20,000 nt of DNA from IMG/VR virus record IMGVR_UViG_3300009177_000003. One strand, written 5' to 3'. Each line of letters begins with the position of its first letter. The first letter of the stretch is position 1. Position numbers and translations under genes: made by a program. Below are positions 5,442 through 13,550 of the stretch, piece by piece. The notes under the pieces were generated by a model. It was not told where the DNA came from and did no database searches. It saw nothing but the letters and a program-made list of their open reading frames with translations. This stretch comes from an uncultured virus (IMG/VR IMGVR_UViG_3300009177_000003). Taxonomy: Duplodnaviria; Heunggongvirae; Uroviricota; Caudoviricetes.

Positions 5442-6743
5442 TCAGCCAGCCTCCAGCATCCGGTCGATCTCCCCCGGCGTGGGGAGGATCGCCGCGTGCG
5501 CTTTTGTCCAGCCACCTTTGTCGAGCTCGCTCAGCGGCCGGTCGAGCTTGCCGGGGGCGCCGATCCAATCGGCGATCTTCTCGGCCATCTCGGCGCTGGT
5601 GATCTTGTCGGTCTCGTCCTCCGCGTCTTCGAGTGCGCCGATGTTAAACTCGGTGAAGTCGACGTGGTCGATGCCCGGTACCGTGATCGCGATGTCGTAG
5701 CCGTTCCACTGGAAGCGCTTCAGCCCGGAGAAATGCAGCTTGATTGCGCGGATCCCGCGTTTGGTCCGTCGCTGATGGGCACGCACCAAATGGAAAATCC
5801 GCCGTCTCTTGCCGTCAGCGGTCTGCACCTGCTCACGGTCGCGGAAGAAGGCTGGGGTTTCCAACACGTCGACCACGAACGGCATGACAATGTTGTCCTT
5901 GGTCGCCGTGACCCGGATCATGCTGCGGTGCGCGGAGTAGAGCCACATGTTCATGCAGCTGATGAAGGTCCGGCGCAGATGTTCGGCCGAACTGAGGCCC
6001 TCGCTATAGTTATCCTCAAAGTCACTCAGCCCCCAACGCTGATGCTTAATGACGCTCTCTCCACCCTTGCGATGGCGGATCACCTGCGATTCTGACTTCA
6101 GCACCCGAAGCGCTCGCACGGTCCCGTCGGGGAAGACATTGACGACATAGTCATCGCCCCACCCATGCTTGCGCTGGTGATTGTTGAGCGTCTTGTTCTT
6201 CTTGTCGTCCCAATAGACGTGACAGCGATAGGTGACTCCGGCGTTGACCCGTTCGATGTTGTGGCCTGGACGCTCCAGGCGGACGAAGGTCATGAAGCGG
6301 CCCTGGACCTTCCTCTCACCATTGACCACATCGTCGTCGGAGCTGGTGAGACCGATCGCGACGGCTCCGAAGGCTGGCATGATGCGCAATGCCTCCGGCT
6401 CCAGCTCGCGATGATCGTGCTTCAAGCCGCGCACGATATAGGCTCCGAGCCGGCGATAGAGCGCGTAGTGATCTGGCGACCAGCGGCGCATGCGCTTGAT
6501 GTACGTCTGATAGATATCCAGCCTGTCGAGTACGTCGGCCTTCAGTTTCGCTATGTGCCTGCGGGGCGCCCGGGGCGGGGTGGGTGGGCTGACAGCCTTG
6601 GGTGCCGGCTCTGGGGCCAGCACCGCCTCGATCGCCGTCTCGTCGCAGTCGAGCAGCGAGCGAGCACCGACCCCGCCCATACAGGTCTTCCAAAAGCCGA
6701 TCCAAGCCTGCGAGGCGGCGTGATTGATGGCGGCGTGATTCAA
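5442..6743 (-). CDS. Large phage hypothetical protein with IFHLVRAHQR motif
   Basis: ~433 aa; GGAGG before TTG at 6743; basic His-Arg motif near the C-terminus. Confidence 0.8.
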   Translation of the reverse strand: MNHAAINHAASQAWIGFWKTCMGGVGARSLLDCDETAIEAVLAPEPAPKAVSPPTPPRAPRRHIAKLKADVLDRLDIYQTYIKRMRRWSPDHYALYRRLGAYIVRGLKHDHRELEPEALRIMPAFGAVAIGLTSSDDDVVNGERKVQGRFMTFVRLERPGHNIERVNAGVTYRCHVYWDDKKNKTLNNHQRKHGWGDDYVVNVFPDGTVRALRVLKSESQVIRHRKGGESVIKHQRWGLSDFEDNYSEGLSSAEHLRRTFISCMNMWLYSAHRSMIRVTATKDNIVMPFVVDVLETPAFFRDREQVQTADGKRRRIFHLVRAHQRRTKRGIRAIKLHFSGLKRFQWNGYDIAITVPGIDHVDFTEFNIGALEDAEDETDKITSAEMAEKIADWIGAPGKLDRPLSELDKGGWTKAHAAILPTPGEIDRMLEAG

Positions 6744-6832
6744 AAACGGTCCTCCCCCCAAAGGCTCGTCAGTGGGTCACAGCGCCATCCCCGGCCTCGT
6801 GATCGGGCAATAGTCGCGGTCTGGCCCTGAAC

Positions 6833-7075
6833 TCATGCAACGGCCTCTCGCGTGGTCTCCTCGGCGCGGCGGCCGGTCCGTGTGATGGCGAACAGCACGA
6901 ACCGCAGGTCGCCGGAGCTCGGCGGGTGTCGGGTCACCAGCTTCCGCGCCACCAATCCGTTCGCCAGCCTCGACGCCTGCGAGCGCGATATCCCCATCAG
7001 CGAGGCGATCGAGCCGAGCGCCAGCCGCTCGTGTGTCGCCAGCACGCCCAGCAGCTGTCGCTCGCGCGGTGTCAT
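6833..7075 (-). CDS. MarR-like winged helix protein
   Basis: IASLMGISRSQASRLANGLVARKLVTR...DLR...ITRTGR. Confidence 0.85.
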   Translation of the reverse strand: MTPRERQLLGVLATHERLALGSIASLMGISRSQASRLANGLVARKLVTRHPPSSGDLRFVLFAITRTGRRAEETTREAVA

Positions 7076-8544
7076 GCTGCGGCCGCCGGCAGCTCGTTGT
7101 GCTTCGCGGTGAACTCGGCATTGATCCGGTTGAACAGCGGCGGCTTGCTGGTCCGCAGCTTGGCGATCTGCGGCCGGATCTCGGAGACTAGGCGATCGAA
7201 GTCCTTCCGCCCGTTGGCGTCCGCCGTGATCTTCTGGATCTTCGTGACCTGCGCATCGACCCAGACCGCGTCCTCATCCTGCGCCGGCGGCGGCGCGGGC
7301 TCCTTCATCCAGTCCGGCACCACATCGCCGTCGTCTTCCTCGGCGCGCCGTTGCGCCTCGCCACGGTCGAAGTTGTCCATCATCCGACCGACGACTGACG
7401 CCGGCTCTTGCAGATCGACCAACAACGGTCCGACGGCTGGGTAGGTCCTGGCCGCGGCCAAGGCGTCGGCGTTGTGGTGCAGCAGGTTCGGCCGCTCGAA
7501 GCCCGGCGTCCGCTCCCATTCCTTGAGCATCAGACGGGCCCAGCGCGCCGGGTCGACGGTCAGCTCGCCGTCGGTCTCGCCGTTGGCGTCGAACACCGGG
7601 AAGTCGAAGCCCGGCGGCGGCGTTGCGACCTTCTGCGCCAGCCGCTTGCGAGCGGCGCCGAGCGCTGCGGCGATCTCCACCTGCGCCGGCTTGGGTGCTT
7701 TGTCGACGTGCTCGCGCACGATCTGCACGAGCTCCTCGAGCTTCTCCGCCGTCGGCTCGCTGGCGAAGGCCGCCTTCAGCCGATCGACTTCCGCTCGCTC
7801 GCCGCGGGCCAGCCGTTGCTTCCAGTCCCGCGGGGGAGGGGCGACTGTCGTGTCGGGCTGGCGTGGGGGCTGCTCGCGCTTCACCTGATCGCGGCGTTCG
7901 AGGCTCTGGCTCCGCTGTCGGCCGCCGTCGTCGTCCTGGGAGCTTGCATTGCCGTCGATTTCCTCGCGGCGCATCGCAATGCCGATCGCGCGGCAGAGCA
8001 GGCCACGCTGGACGTAGGTTATCGACGCCTGCTGCCCCTGGATGACCGTCTTGTTGGCGGTCCCCTGCGGTCCCATCGTGTCGGCCGGCGTGTCGGGGGC
8101 GAAATACTCCTCCTCGTGTCCGGCCGCGTGGCGGACGATGCACTTGAGGCGGATCAGCTCGGTGCCGGTCGGCACGGTGTCGAACGAGACGCTGAACCCG
8201 TGCGCGGTCCAGATCTGGTAGCACGCCTCCCACAGATCGCCGTAGTCGGTGTACTTGCCCTTGCCTTCCTGGTTGGGCGTGTCTTTATCCAACACCGGGA
8301 GCGCTCGCTGCATTGCCGGCAAGGCGGCATAGAAGGCGATGCGGGCGGCGTCGGCGCGATCGGCCTTCTCCCATTCACGCTGCTTTTCCTGCGTGATGAT
8401 CCAGGTTTCCGCCAGCGTCTTCAGCTTGTCGGCGTCGATCGCCGGGTTCATCGCCATCCGGGTCAGAAAATCGTCCGGCGCCTCGGCCACATGATTTCCG
8501 TTCGTCGGCACGACAGTCGTGCCGGGCTTCTGATCGTCGCTCAT
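7072..8544 (-). CDS. ERF-family ssDNA annealing protein with long C-terminal extension
   Basis: AFYAALPAMQRALP..K..N..KY..Y.DL...HGFSVSF...C..RH..GH.E...QASITYVQR; TGATG-coupled start at 8544. Confidence 0.82.
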   Translation of the reverse strand: MSDDQKPGTTVVPTNGNHVAEAPDDFLTRMAMNPAIDADKLKTLAETWIITQEKQREWEKADRADAARIAFYAALPAMQRALPVLDKDTPNQEGKGKYTDYGDLWEACYQIWTAHGFSVSFDTVPTGTELIRLKCIVRHAAGHEEEYFAPDTPADTMGPQGTANKTVIQGQQASITYVQRGLLCRAIGIAMRREEIDGNASSQDDDGGRQRSQSLERRDQVKREQPPRQPDTTVAPPPRDWKQRLARGERAEVDRLKAAFASEPTAEKLEELVQIVREHVDKAPKPAQVEIAAALGAARKRLAQKVATPPPGFDFPVFDANGETDGELTVDPARWARLMLKEWERTPGFERPNLLHHNADALAAARTYPAVGPLLVDLQEPASVVGRMMDNFDRGEAQRRAEEDDGDVVPDWMKEPAPPPAQDEDAVWVDAQVTKIQKITADANGRKDFDRLVSEIRPQIAKLRTSKPPLFNRINAEFTAKHNELPAAAA

Positions 8545-9338
8545 CAGCGGATACCGAGCGAGGCGACTTCCACCCAACGAATACCCGGCACCTTGGTCGT
8601 CGGCCGTCCGGTTGCCTTGTCACGCTGCTTCATCGCCGCTTTGATGGCGGAGTCATTGATCATCAAATAAGCCAGCGGAATCTTATCGAAGTCCTCGATC
8701 TCGTACTCCCAGCGGGTGCGGACCGAGGCGACGGCACCGTAATGACCTACCGTTTTCGCCAGCTGGGCCGGCTTGCCGGCGGCGATCTCCGCGGCGTTCC
8801 TTGCCGCCCTGGCAGAGTCCGCGGCGGCATGGGCCTGTCCGTCGTCCGGATCGAAGATGCCGCGCCGCTGCACTGCGGCCGCAGCCTCGGCATCGCGCCG
8901 TGCGCGTTCCGCGGCTTCCGCGGCCCGGCGCTGCGCTTCGGCGCGGGCGGCCGCCGCTTTGCGGGTCTGGTAGTCGAGCAGAATGGCGCGGGCCTGCTGC
9001 AGCGGGGCGCCCAGCGTGGTCATGAACCTGTCGCGCCAGCCATCCACCGTCTTGCCGGCGTCGATGAAGGGGCGCTTTTCGGCGAGGATCCGCTCTCTCG
9101 CGGCGCGCTCCATATCGCCGGCGATGCGGATGTTGTCGGTGAACAGCGCGGCGGCTTCGTCGTCCTCGACCTGCGGGTGCGCCTCGATCATTGCGTCGAG
9201 GGCGGGGACGACCTCTTCGTTGCGGCGCTCGACCAGATCGGCGAGGCAGTAGTCGAGCCACTCGGTGACCTGCTGCGCCGACAGCGGCTCGGGAGGCGGC
9301 GGAGCGTTGCTCCCCGTCAGTATGGCGGTGGTTCCCAT
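8544..9338 (-). CDS. Phage coiled-coil protein of the recombination module
   Basis: GSNAPP N-terminus; EKRPF...GKTVD; Ala-rich coil; RTRWEYEIEDFDKIP...VPGIR C-terminus. Confidence 0.8.
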   Translation of the reverse strand: MGTTAILTGSNAPPPPEPLSAQQVTEWLDYCLADLVERRNEEVVPALDAMIEAHPQVEDDEAAALFTDNIRIAGDMERAARERILAEKRPFIDAGKTVDGWRDRFMTTLGAPLQQARAILLDYQTRKAAAARAEAQRRAAEAAERARRDAEAAAAVQRRGIFDPDDGQAHAAADSARAARNAAEIAAGKPAQLAKTVGHYGAVASVRTRWEYEIEDFDKIPLAYLMINDSAIKAAMKQRDKATGRPTTKVPGIRWVEVASLGIR

Positions 9339-9700
9339 GATTGCGGTTTCCTTGGATAGAGAGGCCGCAGATTGAGGCGGTCTATCGCGCGACGCGGCCA
9401 GCACGCGGGATGATCGGGGTTGTTCTCGGCGGCCCAGGATTTGATAGAGAGCAGCCAGGAATAAGTCTCAGCGTCGATGCGTTCACCGTAGGCGTGGATG
9501 TTGGAGACGCCCTCAGCGCGCCACGGGTCCGGATTGGCTGGGTGGGTGAACCCGTCGATCGTGGCCTGCCAGCCATCGCTGGTTGACTCGATCCGGCAGG
9601 GCACCTGCCAGCCGCCGCGGACGAGGCGGAGCCGGAAATAACCGGGCTCGACGATATCGACGAAACGGGCCTGGGAGGCTGCGTGGCGAGGGTTGCTCAC
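9317..9700 (-). CDS. Phage hypothetical protein (EPGYFRLRLVRGGWQVPCRI)
   Basis: GTGA-coupled to the HNH gene. Confidence 0.75.
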   Translation of the reverse strand: MSNPRHAASQARFVDIVEPGYFRLRLVRGGWQVPCRIESTSDGWQATIDGFTHPANPDPWRAEGVSNIHAYGERIDAETYSWLLSIKSWAAENNPDHPACWPRRAIDRLNLRPLYPRKPQSWEPPPY

Positions 9701-10170
9701 GCCACGTGCTGCCAAGATTTGCGGGTGACGATATGAGAGATTGCTGCGCGGCTTACGCCGTAGATCTTACCCAAGTCGGCATAGCTCTTTTGGCCAGTGG
9801 CATACTGCCGCCTGATCGACGTGACGTTCTCTTCGGTCAGAACGGGGGGCCGGCCAGCGCCACGTCGCAGGCCAAGATCGGCCTTGCGCTTCAAATCAGC
9901 CGCGTTCTCCGCTGGCGAGCCAAGGAATAAGTGGCGTGGGTTACAGCAGGCCGGGACATCACACCGATGGCAGACATGCTTGCCTTGTGGGATTTCGCCT
10001 ATCCAGAGCCGATAAGCGGATTTGGCCGCAGTCTCTCGTCGACCATCAGGACTTTCGGATAATCCGTAGCCGGCGCCCGGCCTTCCATCTACCGGTCCTG
10101 TCCAAAGCCAACATTCCTCGTCGGATCCGCGCCTGATACGGGCTTCAAAAACATCAACTTTCCACGCCAT
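9697..10170 (-). CDS. HNH endonuclease (HNH_3 type) with C-terminal HTH
   Basis: CWLWTG...GYG...VCHRCDVPACCNPRHLFLGS..EN; LGKIYGVSRAAISHIV. Confidence 0.92.
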   Translation of the reverse strand: MAWKVDVFEARIRRGSDEECWLWTGPVDGRPGAGYGLSESPDGRRETAAKSAYRLWIGEIPQGKHVCHRCDVPACCNPRHLFLGSPAENAADLKRKADLGLRRGAGRPPVLTEENVTSIRRQYATGQKSYADLGKIYGVSRAAISHIVTRKSWQHVA

Positions 10171-10199
10171 AGGCCGTCAACCATTGTCATGAACTTTGG

Positions 10200-10257
10200 C
10201 AATAGTTGACGAAGCTAGCCTGCGTTGTCAATCCGGTGAATCGGTACAAAACCGATT
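10200..10257 (-). promoter_or_regulatory. Probable leftward early promoter/operator region (PL-like)
   Basis: TTGACA on the minus strand at 10226-10231 within TTGAC...GTCAA dyad (10206-10231); AATCGGT-N5-ACCGATT inverted repeat at 10239-10257; -10 element weak. Confidence 0.45.
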
Positions 10258-10318
10258 TATTTCTGCGAAGGCTGGCGCCTCGGCAGACTGATCGCTGTTA
10301 GGAATGTAACAGCGGAAA

Positions 10319-11074
10319 CTAATTCGGGATGATCGCTCGGACGCGGGTCGCCGCTACGATCTTCTGATCGTAGAGCGTCTCTCCCTTGAACTGGAAGATC
10401 GTCCAGCGTCCATTGGGTTGGAGCTTGAGCTGGGCCGCCAGTGAGGTCAGCCCATCAGCGAGACGGTAGAAGCATAAACGATCGTTCATCTCGGTCGGAT
10501 CGAAGGTCTCCGACATCGGTTCGGCCAGGAGTTTGTAGTCCTTTCCGAGGAATGGTCGAAGCGCGTCGTCCACGGCAGCGATTGCTATAACTGGGATGTC
10601 CGGATCGGCCGGTTCACCATAGTCGAACGCACCAAAATTACCCCCGTCTGGCATGATGATAACCCGTGCAGAGGTGTCGCTGATCGTGCCGACGATACGG
10701 ATTACACGCCGGCGGAGCAACCACGTTTCTTTCTTCCCGAGAATTTCCTCAACCGGAACGTCCAACAGCTCCGCGTAGCGACGCGCTGTTACGTTGTTCA
10801 ACGCGCGGTCGCCTCTTTCGTGGGAATAATATACTGAATAATTTATTTCGTGTTTGCGCGCAAAACCCTTGGCTGTTTTGAAGTGTCTTTCGCGCGCCGC
10901 CCTCAACCGTGCGGCGACCTCCTGATCAGCGTTTGCGCTTGCTCGTGCGCTTCGGTCCCTTTCCTCGACGAGCCGTATTGCTTCCTCAAAGGAGACCTCG
11001 ACGTCTGGGTTCTGCTCGACGTCTCTGTTCTGAGTGCCCGTGTCTGTCATAGCGGCATCGCTCGGGTTATCCAC
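10319..11074 (-). CDS. CI-like XRE repressor with degenerate S24-like C-terminal domain
   Basis: RLRAARERHFKTAKGFARKHEINYSVYYSHERGDR...YAELLDVPVEEIL; divergent from Cro-like gene; start may be 11050. Confidence 0.85.
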   Translation of the reverse strand: MDNPSDAAMTDTGTQNRDVEQNPDVEVSFEEAIRLVEERDRSARASANADQEVAARLRAARERHFKTAKGFARKHEINYSVYYSHERGDRALNNVTARRYAELLDVPVEEILGKKETWLLRRRVIRIVGTISDTSARVIIMPDGGNFGAFDYGEPADPDIPVIAIAAVDDALRPFLGKDYKLLAEPMSETFDPTEMNDRLCFYRLADGLTSLAAQLKLQPNGRWTIFQFKGETLYDQKIVAATRVRAIIPN

Positions 11075-11146
11075 CTTGACGGAAATTCACAAACTGGCGC
11101 AGCATGGTCAATACCGTTCTCTTCCTCGTGACTGTGAAGGCGGCCT

Positions 11147-11734
11147 ATGGTGGCAGACGCTCATCGTGTCACGACGATCAAGGCACTGCTGGATCTGTTC
11201 GCTTCGACAGACCAGATCGCTGCGCGTCTCGGCGTGACATATGCCACGGTTACCGAATGGCATCGCCTTGGCAGGATCCCTGAGTCACACTGGGATCGGT
11301 TCGTCACCGCGGCGCGGGACGCCGGAATAAAGGGCGTCTCGCGCAACCTGCTGGCACGTTTACCGTCTGCCAAGGGGGTCAGCACCGTCGCTGAGCTCCT
11401 CAGCCTTTGGCCTACCATCGCATCCCTGGCTCGAGATCTGGGGCTGCACCATTCAACCGTAGGGTCCTGGGCGGTCCGCAACAGCATCCCGGTGGAGCGA
11501 TGGTCCGGGGTGGTCATGAGTGCGAGATCACACGGCATCGGGCACCTCACGGAGTCACGTCTTCAAGCGATTGCTGAGGCACGGAGAGCGATTCGGCAAG
11601 GCGCAGCACTCGCCGGCGGGCAGACTCACGAAGACGATAGCTCACTCAGCGGAGTCCCGGCAAGGCACGATCACGCACTTTGCGTGATCCATCATGACCC
11701 AGAACATTCCAATAGGGGAGTGACCCTTCGATGA
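11147..11734 (+). CDS. Cro-like protein with two tandem HTH domains (carph-isopro-like)
   Basis: Two ~65 aa units: LLDLF...IAARLGV...V.EW...GRIP..HW...AAR..GI and LLSLW...LARDLGL...V.SW...NSIP..RW...SAR..GI. Confidence 0.82.
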   Translation: MVADAHRVTTIKALLDLFASTDQIAARLGVTYATVTEWHRLGRIPESHWDRFVTAARDAGIKGVSRNLLARLPSAKGVSTVAELLSLWPTIASLARDLGLHHSTVGSWAVRNSIPVERWSGVVMSARSHGIGHLTESRLQAIAEARRAIRQGAALAGGQTHEDDSSLSGVPARHDHALCVIHHDPEHSNRGVTLR

Positions 11735-12327
11735 TGGATGGTCTTTCGAACGTCAGCAATGACGCGATCGCCGCGTTTCAGATCGCTTGGGAGAGGCAGG
11801 ACAGCGTGTGCGCCCGGGAGAACAGCGCCCGCAATCTCCTGGTCAAACAGGCGAAGAAGGAGGGGGTTCCCACCGAGGCGGCGATCGAGGCCATCCGGAC
11901 CAAAAAGCGCCGCGGCTCAGAGGAGGCGCGGATTTTCATGCGCGATCTGCTCCGGAGTCTGGCCTTGGCCAATATGCCGATGAGCCAGCAGGATTTATTC
12001 GAAGGATGGAATGCTGGCGTCTCGCCCGGCGTGAAGGCGGAGGCCGATCTGTGGGCGGCGGAGGACGCCGGCTTCAAGGCGGGGCGGCACCGGATGGACC
12101 TCGCCGATTGCCCGTTCTCGCCGGGCTCCGAGCAGCACGCGGTGTGGCACCGGGAGTATCGCAAGGGCGAGCTCTCGCGCGTCTCCGAGGATCCCGACAC
12201 GACAGTCGCCCCGGCGACCCGCAAGCGCGGACGCCCGCCGCGGCAGGCCCGGATCCCCGGTACCGAGCAGCGGATGCGCCGGCCCGGGCGGGCGTCCTCC
12301 GAGGAGGCCGCCGCTCCCGCTGAATAA
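11731..12327 (+). CDS. GapR/DUF2312-like N-terminus plus Rmf/CrpP-like domain
   Basis: KQAKKEGVPTEAAIEAIRTKK; AEDAGFKAG...CPF...W..EY..G. Confidence 0.6.
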   Translation: MMDGLSNVSNDAIAAFQIAWERQDSVCARENSARNLLVKQAKKEGVPTEAAIEAIRTKKRRGSEEARIFMRDLLRSLALANMPMSQQDLFEGWNAGVSPGVKAEADLWAAEDAGFKAGRHRMDLADCPFSPGSEQHAVWHREYRKGELSRVSEDPDTTVAPATRKRGRPPRQARIPGTEQRMRRPGRASSEEAAAPAE

Positions 12328-12378
12328 CCGCAGCACGGATGGCGACCGACTTCCTCCTGCCTAAAAGGAGTCTCCCCC

Positions 12379-12951
12379 GTGCTGCATGTGCCGTCCAAGG
12401 CGGGCAGCGCGCCCGTGCTCGATTCATTGCCTCCGGGCGGCACGGTCGCCTTCGACCTCTCCGGCACGGTCGGCTGGTGCTATGCGCCGGACTGGATGGC
12501 GGTGCCGGCGAGCGGGCAGTGGGAGCTGCCGCATTGGGGCGGGAAGGGGGCGAAGGGCGCGGCTTTCCTGAACCTGCTCGAGCCGTTCATGGACCGCTAC
12601 CAGCCCACGCACATGGTCTTGGAGCGGGTGCTGCCGCTGCCCGCCATGAACAACTGGAGCGTCGCCTACCAGCAGTTCGGGCTCGGCTGGATGGCCTGGG
12701 CCGAGGCCTATCGTGCCTCCTGCGCGGTCACCGAGATCGATGCGCTGACCGTTCGGTCCGACATCATGGGGCAGCGCCGGTTCTCCAAGGACACCGTCAA
12801 ACGCGAGGTGGTCGCCTACTGCCGCAGGCGGGGCATCAAGGTCACCAGTCACCACGCAGCTGATGCGGTGCTGTGCTGGCTTTGGCACAGGGCGCGGCTG
12901 CAGGGCGAGGCGCCGGTGGCCGGTCCGCTGTTCCGGGAGGTTGCGGCGTGA
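12379..12951 (+). CDS. RuvC-like (RNase H fold) Holliday junction resolvase
   Basis: VAFDLSGTVGWC, MVLER, K.EVV, HHAADA; AGGAG RBS. Confidence 0.75.
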   Translation: MLHVPSKAGSAPVLDSLPPGGTVAFDLSGTVGWCYAPDWMAVPASGQWELPHWGGKGAKGAAFLNLLEPFMDRYQPTHMVLERVLPLPAMNNWSVAYQQFGLGWMAWAEAYRASCAVTEIDALTVRSDIMGQRRFSKDTVKREVVAYCRRRGIKVTSHHAADAVLCWLWHRARLQGEAPVAGPLFREVAA

Positions 12952-13550
12952 CCGCGATCCAGCAGTCCCTGCTGCTGCCTCCGGTGCCCCCGGCCAAGCG
13001 CCGGCTGGTGCCGCGGAGGAACGGCTCGATTCACGATCTGGTCGTCACTCCGGACGCGCTGGCGGCGCGGATCGTCGATCTCTTCAAGCCCTCCGGGGTG
13101 CTGCTCGACCCGGCGCGCGGCAGCGGCCCCTTCTTCCGGGCGCTCGAGCGCTACTCCAACGACGTGCGCTGGTGCGAGCAGGCTGCCGGCCTCGACTTCT
13201 TCGCCTTCCACGAGCCGGTCGACTGGATCATCACCAACCCGCCCTGGTCGAAGATGCGGCAGTTCATCCGCCACGCGATGACGCTCGCCCCGAACATCGT
13301 GTTCGTCGGCACCGTCTCGCACTTCATGCTGAAGGCGCGGCTCCGCGACATGCGTGACGCCGGCTATGGCCTGCAACTGACGCTGTTCGATCAGCCGCCG
13401 AAGCCCTGGCCCGGCTCCGGGTTCCAGCCGGCCATCGGCTATCTGCGCAAAGACGGGCCATTCCCGTTCAGCTGGCTCCCCGAGCTGGCACGACAGTCGC
13501 CCCTCCGGGAAATCAGATCTGCAAGGAGAGAAGTCAGTGCCACCGTCTAA
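12948..13550 (+). CDS. Small orphan amino-DNA methyltransferase (probably N6-adenine)
   Basis: LDPARGSGPF (motif I) preceding IITNPPWS (motif IV); GTGA coupling. Confidence 0.85.
   Translation: MTAIQQSLLLPPVPPAKRRLVPRRNGSIHDLVVTPDALAARIVDLFKPSGVLLDPARGSGPFFRALERYSNDVRWCEQAAGLDFFAFHEPVDWIITNPPWSKMRQFIRHAMTLAPNIVFVGTVSHFMLKARLRDMRDAGYGLQLTLFDQPPKPWPGSGFQPAIGYLRKDGPFPFSWLPELARQSPLREIRSARREVSATV

Larger units (their letters stand above)
4994..13503. promoter_or_regulatory. Dispersed 17-bp palindrome family (core CGACWGTCG), 7 copies: 4994, 5222, 5281, 7838, 8507, 12196, 13487
   Basis: GGCACGACAGTCGCCCA, GGGGCGACAGTCGTGCC, GGGGCGACAGTCGCCCC, GGGGCGACTGTCGTGTC, GGCACGACAGTCGTGCC, GACACGACAGTCGCCCC, GGCACGACAGTCGCCCC. 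Confidence 0.8.

Noticed and set aside
4915..5568. Minus-strand 217-aa ORF antisense to the RHH gene
   Set aside because: Arg/His/Gly-rich shadow-frame composition; the plus-strand ORF has an RBS and a recognisable pattern. A TGATG overlap at 5442 means it cannot be fully excluded.
4215..8670. Long plus-strand ORFs (4215-5387, 6165-6830, 7408-8670)
   Set aside because: Antisense shadows of recognisable minus-strand genes in high-GC DNA
12948..13550. CcrM homolog or restriction-modification system
   Set aside because: Motif order (I before IV, NPPW) differs from beta-class CcrM; no recognisable restriction nuclease adjacent
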